From Rikenella microfusus (GTDB lineage: Bacteria > Bacteroidota > Bacteroidia > Bacteroidales > VadinHA17): a stretch of DNA of 64,000 nt. Position 1 is the first letter of the stretch. The number at the start of each line of letters is the position of its first letter. Position numbers and translations under genes: made by a program. The notes beneath the pieces were generated by a model that worked only from the letters and a program-made list of their open reading frames with translations, ran no database searches and had not been told where the DNA came from. The stretch spans positions 456-64,455 of the forward strand of contig DZBJ01000005.1 of NCBI GenBank assembly GCA_022736275.1, read 5' to 3'. This document shows, piece by piece, positions 27,511-37,588 of the stretch.

Positions 27511-29655
27511 ATGAAAAAGACGATTCTATTCCTCTCCGCTGCGGCAATGATGCTCGTGCTGGCATCGTGCGGCAAAAAACCCCAGCCCCCTGTGGCTGAA
27601 AAAATCCCGTACGTCGTTGAAATCAACAGCAACGAACGTGTTGACAATTACTTCTGGATGCGCCTCAGCGATGAACAGAAGAACGCCGAGACGCCTGATT
27701 CACATACTATAAAGGTACTGACTTACCTCAATGCCGAGAATGACTATGCTGACGTAGTTATGAAACATACCGAAGCGTTCCAGACGCTACTCTTTGAAGA
27801 GATAAAGGGACGCATCAAGGAAGATGATGAGACGGTCCCGTACCTGGACAACGGTTACTGGTATCATTCGAAGTACTTCGAAGGCAAGGAGTACCCGGTA
27901 ATGTACAGGAAAAAAGATGGTGCTGAAACACCGGAAGTGATGCTTGATGTCAATCTCCTTGCAGAAGGACACGATTTTACAAGCGTCGGAGGCGGTGCTG
28001 TCTCTCCGGATAATAACCTCCTGGCATACGGTGTTGACCATGTCAGCCGCAGACAGTACACAATTTTTGTGAAGGACCTGAACTCAGGCCAGCTCTTTCC
28101 TGACGAAATTACCAACACCTCCAGCCAGGGAGTATGGGCAGCCGACAGCAAGACTCTGTTCTATGTGAAAAAGGATCCCGAAACCCTCAGGGAGGCCACC
28201 ATCATGAAGCATGTCCTGGGTACCCCCGTCTCTGAAGACAAAGTTGTTTTTGACGAGACGGATGAAACATTCTCAGTCTACCTGGGCAAGACAAAAAGCA
28301 AAAAATATATCACAATCACCTCAAGCCAGACTCTCACAACAGAGGTACGACTTATAGATGCCGCTAAACCTGAGGGTGAACCGGTCATCTTTGAACCCCG
28401 GACTTTTGACCGACTTTACTCAGTTGAACACCTTAACGGACAGTTTTACATTTTGACCAATGCTGACGGTGCAAAGAACTTCAAGCTCATGAAATGTGCT
28501 GACAACAAGATTGGCATAGCCAACTGGACAGAAGTAATACCCCACCGTGCTGATGTTCTTCTTGAAGGTTTTGAAATATTTGACAATTACCTCGTTACCG
28601 ATGAGAGGATCAAGGGGCTGACCAACCTGCGCGTCATCAGTCTCGCTGACGGATCTGAGCATTTCCTCGATTTCGGTGAGGAGACCTATACAGCAGGTAT
28701 AAGTGTCAACTTCAACGCTGCCACCACCCTCCTCAGGTACAGCTACTCATCGCTTACTACCCCGAACTCGGTCTTCGATTATGACATGTCTGTAAAGACG
28801 AAGGTGCTGCTGAAGCAGGACAGCGTCCTCGGAGGGTTCGATACAAACAATTATGAGTCGAAACGTCTCTGGGCTACCGCCGGTGACGGAACACTTGTGC
28901 CTGTATCGCTGGTTTACCGAAAGGGCTTTGTGCAGGATGGCACTGCCCCCATGCTGCTCTATTCCTATGGCTCATACGGAAGCTCGACCAACCCCTCATT
29001 CAGATCCTCGGTAATAAGCCTTCTCGACCGTGGGTTTGTCTATGCTCTTGCCCACATCAGGGGTGGCAGCGAGATGGGTCGCCAGTGGTACGAAGACGGA
29101 AAGCTCCTGAAAAAGATCAACACCTTCACTGACTTCAATGACTGCGCACGTTTCCTGATAAATGAAAAATATACTTCATCGGAGTATCTCTATGCAATGG
29201 GTGGCAGCGCTGGCGGACTCCTGATGGGCGCCATTGTCAACATGGAACCGCAACTCTACAACGGTGTAATCGCTGCGGTGCCATTCGTTGACGTGGTCAG
29301 CACCATGCTTGACGCCACAATTCCCCTGACGACATTTGAATGGGATGAGTGGGGCGATCCGCGCAAACAGGAATACTATGACTATATGCTCTCATACTCA
29401 CCCTATGACCAGGTGAAGGAGCAGGAGTATCCCAACATGCTTGTCACAACAGGTTACTGGGATTCACAGGTGCAGTACTGGGAGCCGGCAAAGTGGGTTG
29501 CCAAACTGCGCGACATGAGAACTGATGACAACATCCTTGTCATGGATGTAAACATGACCGCAGGCCATGGCGGCGCCTCAGGCCGCTTTGAGCGACTGAA
29601 GACCGTAGCCCTCGAGTATGCATTCATTCTTGACCTGGAGGGTATTAAGGAGTAA
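27511..29655 (+). CDS. ptrB: S9 family serine peptidase, oligopeptidase B-like
   Basis: 714 aa with a lipoprotein signal (LASC), an N-terminal propeller region and the catalytic Ser motif GGSAGGLLMG. Confidence 0.8.
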   Translation: MKKTILFLSAAAMMLVLASCGKKPQPPVAEKIPYVVEINSNERVDNYFWMRLSDEQKNAETPDSHTIKVLTYLNAENDYADVVMKHTEAFQTLLFEEIKGRIKEDDETVPYLDNGYWYHSKYFEGKEYPVMYRKKDGAETPEVMLDVNLLAEGHDFTSVGGGAVSPDNNLLAYGVDHVSRRQYTIFVKDLNSGQLFPDEITNTSSQGVWAADSKTLFYVKKDPETLREATIMKHVLGTPVSEDKVVFDETDETFSVYLGKTKSKKYITITSSQTLTTEVRLIDAAKPEGEPVIFEPRTFDRLYSVEHLNGQFYILTNADGAKNFKLMKCADNKIGIANWTEVIPHRADVLLEGFEIFDNYLVTDERIKGLTNLRVISLADGSEHFLDFGEETYTAGISVNFNAATTLLRYSYSSLTTPNSVFDYDMSVKTKVLLKQDSVLGGFDTNNYESKRLWATAGDGTLVPVSLVYRKGFVQDGTAPMLLYSYGSYGSSTNPSFRSSVISLLDRGFVYALAHIRGGSEMGRQWYEDGKLLKKINTFTDFNDCARFLINEKYTSSEYLYAMGGSAGGLLMGAIVNMEPQLYNGVIAAVPFVDVVSTMLDATIPLTTFEWDEWGDPRKQEYYDYMLSYSPYDQVKEQEYPNMLVTTGYWDSQVQYWEPAKWVAKLRDMRTDDNILVMDVNMTAGHGGASGRFERLKTVALEYAFILDLEGIKE

Positions 29656-29707
29656 AATTGAAGTATCGCGAGGGCTATTTGCTGCTCCTTCCGGATGACA
29701 TAATAAA

Positions 29708-29735
29708 GAGGCTGACCTGATTACCGGTCAGCCTC
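29708..29735. terminator. Hairpin between convergent genes (candidate bidirectional terminator)
   Basis: 10-bp stem gaggctgacc/ggtcagcctc with an 8-nt loop, flanked by A-rich and T-rich sequence. Confidence 0.55.
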
Positions 29736-29789
29736 TTCTATAATAAACAGAACTGAAGGACTTTTGTCTTTTTTTATGGAAGTTGCAGG

Positions 29790-31355
29790 TTAAAAGCCGT
29801 AAGGCGACCTTTGCTGCGTTGATTTCATCTCCGGCTTGCGGGGAATGAGGCTCTCTTCCATCGCCGCATTCCATGCCATCCATGCTGTAATGATTGCGTT
29901 GTGCCTCAGATCGGGCAACAGGAGACGCTCCCAGGTGTCTGCCAGTGTGTGGTAGCCGCGACCGTATTCGATCTCATCCTGTATGAACTGGAAACCCGGA
30001 AGACCAACCCGGTCAAAACTCTGGTGATCGGTTCCGCCGGTATTGCGTATGGCGATGGTTGTGAATCCCATGTCTCTCATCGGTTCCATCCACTCTTCGA
30101 AGAGCGGACGAACCAGGTTGTTCTCCTGCAGGTAAATTCCGCGGTAACGACCCGTACCGTTGTCCATGTTGAAATAGACAGAGAATTTGTCGAAGCCGGG
30201 CTTCTTCTCGTTCTTCTCCCTGTCAAACAGGTATGCCGACACGTAGCCATTTGACCCGATGAGCCCCTGTTCCTCACCGCCCCAGAGAGCCACTCGTATC
30301 GTCCGTCTCGGTTTTGCATCAAGAGCCTTCAGAATCCTTAGAGCCTCCATCATGACTATGCAGCCTGATGCATTGTCTGCAGCGCCGGTGCCACCATGCC
30401 ATGAGTCGATGTGAGCGCCCAGCAGTACCACCTGGTCATTAAGCCTGGGATCAGTCCCGGGAATCTCGGCAATTACATTATATACCTTTTTGCCGGGAAT
30501 GAACTCGGCCCTGATCTCAGCCTCAATCTCAACCTTCTCGCCGCTTTTGATCATGCGCTCCATCCGGCCGTAAGGCTCCATGGGGATGCTTATCTCAGTT
30601 ACCGGGGGTTGTCCGGTTCCGTCATACGAGGCACCTGATGAACGTGGGATGTTGAAAGCATTGCCCTGGTTGATTATCATCGCCACCTCCTCGGTGCGGA
30701 GAAACTCATTGATCTTGTTGCGGAGCTCCCGCATTGCCGTCCAGTCACCCATCATCCTGCGAGACGGAGTGCCGCCTGCCTGAGCCATGGAGAGGTTCTC
30801 AAGATCCTCCTCAGTGAGCCTTCTGGCCAGAGGTTCAAAACTTACCTCATACTGCGACTGGGATGGTGCCATGATAATCTTTCCCTTAAGTTTTCCGCGG
30901 TACTTCTCAATATCATCAGCAGTCTTGATATCAACGAGTATCACTTCACCCCTGATCAGCCCGTTCGTGCCCGATGTCCATGCCACAGGCGTGACGGAAA
31001 AATTAGTGTAATAGGGGGCCGTCATTGCCGCATAGGCCTTTGAATAATCCCATCCGCCACGTGAAAACTCACCGGCAACCTCAACGCGGACATTCGCCAT
31101 GCCATATTCTGCCAGTTTTGCCCTGGCAATCTCATTGGCACGGTCAAGGCCCGGTGAACCGGTCAGACGCGGTCCGGAAAGATCGGTCATAACGTATGCA
31201 AGTTTTTCAATATCAGAATTTCTCTGGCCTTCCTGCCTTATCTTGTAAACCATTGAGAGGTCCACGGTAACCTCCTGTGAGGAGGCAGGCATGATCATTA
31301 CCAGGAGGAGGGCGGTGATCGTCGCACTCCTTGCGCATGTGATAAGGTTCTTCAT
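29790..31355 (-). CDS. M28 family metallopeptidase (with PA-like insert)
   Basis: 521 aa with a signal peptide and metal-ligand blocks LGAHIDSWHGGTGAADN and WGGEEQGLIGS. Confidence 0.85.
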   Translation of the reverse strand: MKNLITCARSATITALLLVMIMPASSQEVTVDLSMVYKIRQEGQRNSDIEKLAYVMTDLSGPRLTGSPGLDRANEIARAKLAEYGMANVRVEVAGEFSRGGWDYSKAYAAMTAPYYTNFSVTPVAWTSGTNGLIRGEVILVDIKTADDIEKYRGKLKGKIIMAPSQSQYEVSFEPLARRLTEEDLENLSMAQAGGTPSRRMMGDWTAMRELRNKINEFLRTEEVAMIINQGNAFNIPRSSGASYDGTGQPPVTEISIPMEPYGRMERMIKSGEKVEIEAEIRAEFIPGKKVYNVIAEIPGTDPRLNDQVVLLGAHIDSWHGGTGAADNASGCIVMMEALRILKALDAKPRRTIRVALWGGEEQGLIGSNGYVSAYLFDREKNEKKPGFDKFSVYFNMDNGTGRYRGIYLQENNLVRPLFEEWMEPMRDMGFTTIAIRNTGGTDHQSFDRVGLPGFQFIQDEIEYGRGYHTLADTWERLLLPDLRHNAIITAWMAWNAAMEESLIPRKPEMKSTQQRSPYGF

Positions 31356-31429
31356 TTTTTTTGCAGGTTTAGCGGAATAAATATACTTTCATATGTTTTA
31401 CACATTAAGGCATTAACATTAATTAACTT

Positions 31430-31437
31430 TACTTTTG
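31430..31437 (+). promoter_or_regulatory. Candidate -7 promoter box (TACTTTTG) for mutS2
   Basis: Exact TAnnTTTG, 19 nt upstream of the ATG at 31456. Confidence 0.4.
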
Positions 31438-31455
31438 TGCTGAGAGGAGCATTTA

Positions 31456-33933
31456 ATGATCTATCCCGATACATACGAGCAAAAAATAGGATTCGACCGA
31501 ATAAGGGAACACCTTGCTTCCGCCTGCCTCAGTCCGGCAGGTATACGCAGGGTTGAGGCCATGAAGGTCTCATTCTCGGCTGATGAGGTCCGGAGGCGGC
31601 TTGCACTGACCAATGAATTTCAGCAGGTGCTCTCTTACAGTGAGCAATTCCCCTCAGACAATTTCAATGACCCTCATGCCATGCTCACGAAGCTGCGCAT
31701 TGAGGGCACCTTCCCCGAAACGGAGGAGGTGGTGGCACTCAGGGGGGCACTTGACACCATCAGACGCATAATAGGCTTCTTTAAGAGCAGGAAGGACGGA
31801 AGATATCCGCTTCTTACGGAGATGGCCCTGGAAGTGGTTTATTATCCTTTTGTGGCCGAGTCCATTGATCGGATAATAGACAAGGAGGGGAAGATTCGCG
31901 ATAGCGCCTCACCAGCCCTGAAGACTATCCGGGCTGACCTGGCTTCAAGGAGTCTTGCCGCGGTCAGAAAGCTTCACTCCGTCCTCCGGCAGGCACAGGC
32001 AGACGGCATCGTGGAGCGTGACATCACCGTGGCAATACGCAACGGGAGGGGAGTGATACCCGTCAGCGCTTCAAACAAAAGGGGTATAAAGGGTTTCGTT
32101 CATGATGAGTCAGCCACCGGCAAGACCGTTTACATTGAGCCTGCCGAGGTGGTGGAACTGAACAACGAGATTACAGAGCTTGAACACCAGGAGAAACGTG
32201 AGATAGTGCGCATTCTTACAGCACTGGCTGATACTTTAAGACCATATATTGACGACCTTGAAACCAACATGGAGTTCCTGGCTGAGATCGACTTCATAAG
32301 GGCCAGGGCACAGTTCGGGATGAGGCTGCACTGCATCATGCCGCCAGTCGCCGATGCTCCCCACATACGCTGGATCAACGCACGGCATCCGCTGCTGACA
32401 CTCTCCTTTGCCCGTACTTCCGGCAGAGAGGTGGTGCCGCTGACAGTTACTATTGACAGTAGCGATCGTATACTTGTAATCTCCGGACCCAATGCCGGGG
32501 GTAAATCGGTCTGCCTTAAGACCGTGGCGCTGATTCAATACATGCTGCAGTGCGGAATGACTATCCCCGCTGATGAAGGTACCGAGACCGGCATCTTCGG
32601 GAAGTTCTTTATTGATATTGGCGACGAGCAGAGCATAGAGAATGACCTGAGTACCTACAGCTCGCACCTGATCAACATGAAACAGATGCTCAGATTTGCC
32701 GACAACAGATCGCTGGTGATGATAGACGAGTTCGGCACCGGCACGGAACCTGTTATAGGAGGGGCACTCGCCGAAGCCATCCTGGCAGAGCTAAATAAGC
32801 GCGGGGCATGGGGAGTCATCACCACACACTATACCAACCTGAAACATTTCGCCACCTCGCAGGAGGGCATCAGCAACGGCGCCATGGCATTTGACAACCA
32901 GCTGATGCAACCCCTCTTCAGGCTCGACCAGGGCAAGCCGGGTAGCTCATTCGCCTTCGAAATAGCCAAAAAAATAGGACTGTCAAATGAAATCCTCGCC
33001 GATGCTGCATCAAGGGCAGGAGAGGGGAATGTCAATTTTGACCGAAACCTGAGGGAGATAGCACGCGACAAACGGTACTTGGAAAAGAAAAGGGAGGCGG
33101 TACGACGCCATGAGAAGAGACTGGAAGAACTTATAGCAACTTACGAAGCCCAGCTGGGCGACATAAAGACGCAGAAGAAGGAGATCATCGGGCAGGCTAA
33201 AAATAAGGCCGAGGAGATGCTGCGCGATACCAACAGGATGATAGAGAACACCATCCGTACCATAAAGGAGGCACAGGCCGAGAAGGAGACTACCAAAGAG
33301 GTTCGGGAGGAGCTTGACTCATTTCGGGAAAAGCTTGCAGATGAAGTGAAACCGCACGAGAAGCCTGCTGATGCCCCGCCGCTGATCAATGCCCCGGCGG
33401 CCAGCATCGTCAGACGCATCACAAAAAAGAAGGATCCGGAACCGGTTGTGAAGAAGAAACCGGGTAAACTGTCACCGGGCGACTACGTGAAGATAATCGG
33501 AACCGACACGGTGGGAGAGGTGACCGAGATAAGGGGAAAAAAGCTGCAGATAGTGTCAGGCAGCCTTAAAATGAGTGTTGATATTGACAGGACAGAACGG
33601 GTTGATGCTTCAGCTTACCTTAAGGAGACGTCTAAGAATAGACCGCAGCAGAAGGTAGACTGGTCTCTCACTGCCCGCAGAAACCAGTTCCATCCTGAGA
33701 TTGACGTCAGGGGAATGCGAACCGAAGAGGCTCTCCAGGTGGTGCAGGAGTTCATTGACACGGCCATGATGATTCAGTTCCGGAACCTCCGTATAATTCA
33801 CGGCAAGGGTAACGGGATACTCAGACAGATGATAAGACAGTATCTCGAATCTACCGGAGCAGTGCGGAGTGCCTCAGACGAACATGTCGACCGCGGAGGA
33901 GCCGGCATAACCCTCGTGGAACTTGATATTTGA
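31456..33933 (+). CDS. mutS2: Endonuclease MutS2 (MutS domain + C-terminal Smr)
   Basis: 825 aa with Walker A GPNAGGKS, a DEFGTGTEP block and an Smr domain (IDVRGMRTEEAL...IIHGKGNGILR). Confidence 0.93.
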   Translation: MIYPDTYEQKIGFDRIREHLASACLSPAGIRRVEAMKVSFSADEVRRRLALTNEFQQVLSYSEQFPSDNFNDPHAMLTKLRIEGTFPETEEVVALRGALDTIRRIIGFFKSRKDGRYPLLTEMALEVVYYPFVAESIDRIIDKEGKIRDSASPALKTIRADLASRSLAAVRKLHSVLRQAQADGIVERDITVAIRNGRGVIPVSASNKRGIKGFVHDESATGKTVYIEPAEVVELNNEITELEHQEKREIVRILTALADTLRPYIDDLETNMEFLAEIDFIRARAQFGMRLHCIMPPVADAPHIRWINARHPLLTLSFARTSGREVVPLTVTIDSSDRILVISGPNAGGKSVCLKTVALIQYMLQCGMTIPADEGTETGIFGKFFIDIGDEQSIENDLSTYSSHLINMKQMLRFADNRSLVMIDEFGTGTEPVIGGALAEAILAELNKRGAWGVITTHYTNLKHFATSQEGISNGAMAFDNQLMQPLFRLDQGKPGSSFAFEIAKKIGLSNEILADAASRAGEGNVNFDRNLREIARDKRYLEKKREAVRRHEKRLEELIATYEAQLGDIKTQKKEIIGQAKNKAEEMLRDTNRMIENTIRTIKEAQAEKETTKEVREELDSFREKLADEVKPHEKPADAPPLINAPAASIVRRITKKKDPEPVVKKKPGKLSPGDYVKIIGTDTVGEVTEIRGKKLQIVSGSLKMSVDIDRTERVDASAYLKETSKNRPQQKVDWSLTARRNQFHPEIDVRGMRTEEALQVVQEFIDTAMMIQFRNLRIIHGKGNGILRQMIRQYLESTGAVRSASDEHVDRGGAGITLVELDI

Positions 33934-34074
33934 CAGTTGCCCCAACGGAGAGCTTGTACGGAAACCCTCCTGGCACTGGCCGCGGGTGTATCCACGGCCT
34001 CTCGCGGTCATTCCCGGTTATTCCACTGTCAGGTGATACTGCGGAATATCATGGTTTCTCCGCAGCGAAATGTA

Positions 34075-34082
34075 TAGATTTG
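34075..34082 (+). promoter_or_regulatory. Candidate -7 promoter box (TAGATTTG) for the 34103 gene
   Basis: Exact TAnnTTTG, 21 nt upstream of the ATG at 34103. Confidence 0.4.
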
Positions 34083-34102
34083 CATAACGATATAACTGAT
34101 TT

Positions 34103-35131
34103 ATGAAGAAACTGACACTGCTTTTTTCCGCCCTCGTGATACTGCTGAGCCTTCCGGCATCAGGACAGACAAACGATTTCTATGATGATGCACCCACAAC
34201 CCGTCTTAAGGGCAGCACCAAAATTCTTGTCACCGGCGAGGTAGAGAACGATATGACCATTGACATTACGCGGCTGCCGATGCACAGCATCACCATAAAG
34301 GAGACAACGCTGACTGACGGAAAGGTTGGTTTTACAGGCGCATATCGTTATGACGGCTGCTCTGTCTATGACATTCTTGACAGCGTTGTTCTGAAAAAGA
34401 AGAACGAAGCTGAATTTCCTCCGATTATTGACCTTTATGTTGAGATCACCAATGACAGGGGTGAGACTGTCACCTTCTCATGGGGCGAAATATATTACCC
34501 CGTCAACCGCCACAGTCTCATGATAGCCACCTCGGTGGCACGAATAGTGCCATCCAAAGCCAAAGACCTCTGGCCCCTGCCGGAAGAGACCAGGATTGTT
34601 GCAGGCAATGACCTGGTTACAGCAAGGAATATCAGCAACCCTGTGAAGATCACGGTGAAATCGCTTGACAGCAAATACACAGTCAACAGGAACATAACAC
34701 CCCTCTTCTCAGATACAATGAAGATCTGCGTTAATGGAAAGCAGCGGAGCTTATTGACCCGGTTGCCGGAGACGGTCGGTAATGAAAGATACCAGACTGT
34801 CTTTTATGGTCGTGGTATGGGCATTCACGGCACAACCCCGTTTGCAGGGGGAAAACTGGCGGATCTCCTCCACGACTACTACAAGGTTTCACCCGAAGCA
34901 CTCCGCAACGGAATGGTGGTAATAGCCGGTATTGACGGTTACCGGGCAGCATTCACTCTCAGTGAGATAGTTAACCGCAACGACCAGCAGGAGGTATTGA
35001 TTATTGACAGGGATAATTACGAAGGAGCAGGCCGTTTCTCTCTCTTCCCGGCAGGTGACTTCTTCTCTGACCGCGCGATAAAGGCGATAATGGAGATAGA
35101 TATGCTTCTCACTGAAGCAGGCTCGCATTAG
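34103..35131 (+). CDS. Secreted protein of unknown function; two internal repeats faintly resembling the molybdopterin-oxidoreductase (YedY/SUOX) substrate-domain fold
   Basis: 342 aa with a signal peptide (LLSLPASGQ). The two halves share the pattern V.G.V....T.....LP...(G).Y.G..L.D.L....... The fold assignment is a by-eye guess only. Confidence 0.3.
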   Translation: MKKLTLLFSALVILLSLPASGQTNDFYDDAPTTRLKGSTKILVTGEVENDMTIDITRLPMHSITIKETTLTDGKVGFTGAYRYDGCSVYDILDSVVLKKKNEAEFPPIIDLYVEITNDRGETVTFSWGEIYYPVNRHSLMIATSVARIVPSKAKDLWPLPEETRIVAGNDLVTARNISNPVKITVKSLDSKYTVNRNITPLFSDTMKICVNGKQRSLLTRLPETVGNERYQTVFYGRGMGIHGTTPFAGGKLADLLHDYYKVSPEALRNGMVVIAGIDGYRAAFTLSEIVNRNDQQEVLIIDRDNYEGAGRFSLFPAGDFFSDRAIKAIMEIDMLLTEAGSH

Positions 35132-35195
35132 GCGATCTCAATCCAAGGAGCCGCCTCAACAGATTATATATTGCCGGTCGCCTGCCGCAACCTGC

Positions 35196-35230
35196 AAAAA
35201 AAACGCGGCGCCCTGTCCCTGGCGCCGCGT
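35196..35230 (-). terminator. Rho-independent terminator of the sigma/anti-sigma/DUF4097 operon
   Basis: The minus strand has a 10-bp GC-rich stem acgcggcgcc/ggcgccgcgt with an 8-nt loop, followed by a T8 run. Confidence 0.8.
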
Positions 35231-35256
35231 CTGATGAGTAAAACAAACACGAGTCA

Positions 35257-36339
35257 TTAATTGAGTCTTACTGACCCGTAAGAAGCAGTCACCGTTACCA
35301 CCGCTGCCGGGTTGCTGCATGTGCCAACCTTGCCTGCCATCTCCGACGAGGTGTTGCCTATGATCCGCCTCTCAGGCGAGAAACTGGTGTCATCAACCGT
35401 AAGGCTCCCGTAGGAGGTGGTTGCATCAAGGATGTAGCAGGCGGCGGGGTCAATACCAAGCCTGACCGCACAGTATCCGGCCTTTACGGTTATCATTTCA
35501 AATCCTGCAGGTATCCTCTCAACTGCGAGATTGCCGTATTTGGTCTCAACCTCGAGTTTCTTGGTCACCCTCTTGAAGTTGAGATCAGTATAACCGCCGG
35601 TCAGTACAATGTTATTGGCATTGGTGACGACATACCCGTCGTACTTGCTGTCAGCTACAAGCGAGCTGACCTCTCCGACTGAGATCTTCGAATACCGGCT
35701 GTCAACCAGCAGCGCTGTGGCTCTCTGAACACTGAACATTCCGCAGTAGCGGGCATTGATCTCCGCCCAGCCAAGCTCTTCTACGGTGGCCTTGCCATAG
35801 GCAACCACCAGGCTGTTGAGAGGTTTCACATTACCCCTCGAGAGTTTGGTCACATTCAGATCACCGTACTTCACATCGAGACGGGTGTGACCGGAGACCT
35901 CATCAACCACCGTGTTGCCATACCTGTTGGCTATGTCAAGGTTGATACCGGCAGGCATCTTTATGTTGTAATTGATACTGAAGCGGTTGTTCGATCCTTT
36001 CCAGTTGATTGACGAGACGTCGGAGTCGAATATTGTTTCGGCTATCAGGTTTCCACCCTCTTCGGTGAATTTGACAGTTATCATATCAAGGAGCTTCCTG
36101 GCCTTGTCTGGTGACGAATGTTCAACCTTCACGGTAACATTCACGACAATGTTGTTCTGCTCCCATGTCTCGGTAACCACCGCTCCGAATTTATTGACAA
36201 CCTTGAGAGTGGAGTTGTCGGTGGGTACCATTTCTCTCTTGTAATCCTTCTTAACCTCTTCGGCAGAGGCTGTAAGGGTGGCTGCGCACAGCAACGCTGC
36301 GAACAGAACCACCCTGCGGTTAGATAACGACTTTTTCAT
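35257..36339 (-). CDS. DUF4097-family beta-strand repeat protein (putative adhesin-like)
   Basis: 360 aa with a signal peptide and repeated motifs (G.V.V....G...L....YG.L.V). It overlaps the upstream anti-sigma-like gene by 20 nt. Confidence 0.65.
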   Translation of the reverse strand: MKKSLSNRRVVLFAALLCAATLTASAEEVKKDYKREMVPTDNSTLKVVNKFGAVVTETWEQNNIVVNVTVKVEHSSPDKARKLLDMITVKFTEEGGNLIAETIFDSDVSSINWKGSNNRFSINYNIKMPAGINLDIANRYGNTVVDEVSGHTRLDVKYGDLNVTKLSRGNVKPLNSLVVAYGKATVEELGWAEINARYCGMFSVQRATALLVDSRYSKISVGEVSSLVADSKYDGYVVTNANNIVLTGGYTDLNFKRVTKKLEVETKYGNLAVERIPAGFEMITVKAGYCAVRLGIDPAACYILDATTSYGSLTVDDTSFSPERRIIGNTSSEMAGKVGTCSNPAAVVTVTASYGSVRLN

Positions 36340-36883
36340 GGCTGACTGGGTTTTCGGTTTCTGCTTTTATCTGTCTGAGCTGGTCAAGTATGTAGTTCAT
36401 TACATCCAGCTTGGTCTGGTAATGCTTTATCATTGCATCGATGATGCGCTGGTCACTGGGATTGGCTTTGAGCTCCTTCTGCAGTTCCACATATACTGAG
36501 TCCATTGATGCCATCTCACTCAGGAGGGCTTCCTTCTGCCCGGGGTTCGACAGGTCGAGGGTTGTTAACTCATTTTCCATGAAGCTCACCTGGCTGACGT
36601 AATAATTTTCAACCTCGCGGTATTCCGGTGAAACTTCGCTGAGTGTCATTGTCTTCTTAAGGTTCGGCCTCACGAAGTGGTCAAAGGTCCATAGCGATGA
36701 GAGGGTCACCAGCAGCGTTACCACGGCAGCCTTCAGAAGGTATGGAAGGATGCTCCGCTTGGCTATGCCGGCGTGCAGCCTGGTGGCCAGCTTAAAGCTG
36801 AATCTCTCGAAGTGCCCGTCTGACGGCTCCCTGTCGTCAAATTCGCCTCTTCCTCTTTTGATTATTTCTTCAAGTCTATTCAT
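36320..36883 (-). CDS. Single-pass membrane protein, putative anti-sigma factor
   Basis: 187 aa with one central TM segment (ILPYLLKAAVVTLLVTLSSLW). It has a 4-nt overlap with the ECF sigma gene. The assignment is by context only. Confidence 0.5.
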   Translation of the reverse strand: MNRLEEIIKRGRGEFDDREPSDGHFERFSFKLATRLHAGIAKRSILPYLLKAAVVTLLVTLSSLWTFDHFVRPNLKKTMTLSEVSPEYREVENYYVSQVSFMENELTTLDLSNPGQKEALLSEMASMDSVYVELQKELKANPSDQRIIDAMIKHYQTKLDVMNYILDQLRQIKAETENPVSHEKVVI

Positions 36884-37455
36884 TGTACCTGTTTTTTTCT
36901 GTTCTTAAGTTCACTCACCAGCTTCTGCTTTGCCCTCGACAGTTGTGACCGCGAAGTGCTGCTTGAGATGTGGAGCAACTCCGCTATCTCATCGTGGTCA
37001 TAGCCCTCGATGAGATAGAGAGAGAGAATCACGCGGTATCCTTCGGGAAGCCTTTCAATGGCAGCTTTCACCTCTTCAACCTTTGTCGCAAGTTCCTCGT
37101 TGTAGGCAGCATCTTCATGGCTCTCATCCCGGATTTCTGCGTGACTGTCAATATCTTCAAAGACCGCTTTCCTCATTCCCAGGGCGTCAAGTGATCTGTT
37201 GACCACTATTTTCTTCAGCCATGCGCCGAAGCTGACGTTACCCGAGTAGGTGTTTATCTTTTCGAAAGCTGAGAGGAATGCCTCCTGCATCACATCTTCA
37301 GCTTCCATGTCATCGTTCACAATACGCAGGCTTGTGTTAAACATCGCCTTGTAATAAAGCTTGTAAACCTGGAACTGCGCCTTCTGGTCACCTTCCCGAC
37401 ACCCGTCGATCAGGTCCTGATGGATGTTCCTGAATGCTGCTTCAACATTTTCCAT
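36880..37455 (-). CDS. ECF-type RNA polymerase sigma-70 factor
   Basis: Region 2 (DVMQEAFLSAFEKINTY...FGAWLKKIVVNRSLD) and region 4 (YRVILSLYLIEGYDHDEIAELLHISSSTSRSQLSRAKQKL). I prefer the ATG at 37455 over the GTG at 37500. Confidence 0.88.
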   Translation of the reverse strand: MENVEAAFRNIHQDLIDGCREGDQKAQFQVYKLYYKAMFNTSLRIVNDDMEAEDVMQEAFLSAFEKINTYSGNVSFGAWLKKIVVNRSLDALGMRKAVFEDIDSHAEIRDESHEDAAYNEELATKVEEVKAAIERLPEGYRVILSLYLIEGYDHDEIAELLHISSSTSRSQLSRAKQKLVSELKNRKKQVQ

Positions 37456-37588
37456 CTTTAATGCAAGATCTGATTTGATTATGTTTGACGCTGCACCCAC
37501 GTTTTTGAACTCTTCAATTCAATGACGGGAGCTGCACGCAAATGCTGCATCCAAGTTAAAAAAAGTAGGAATAGGATAAAATTATTTT

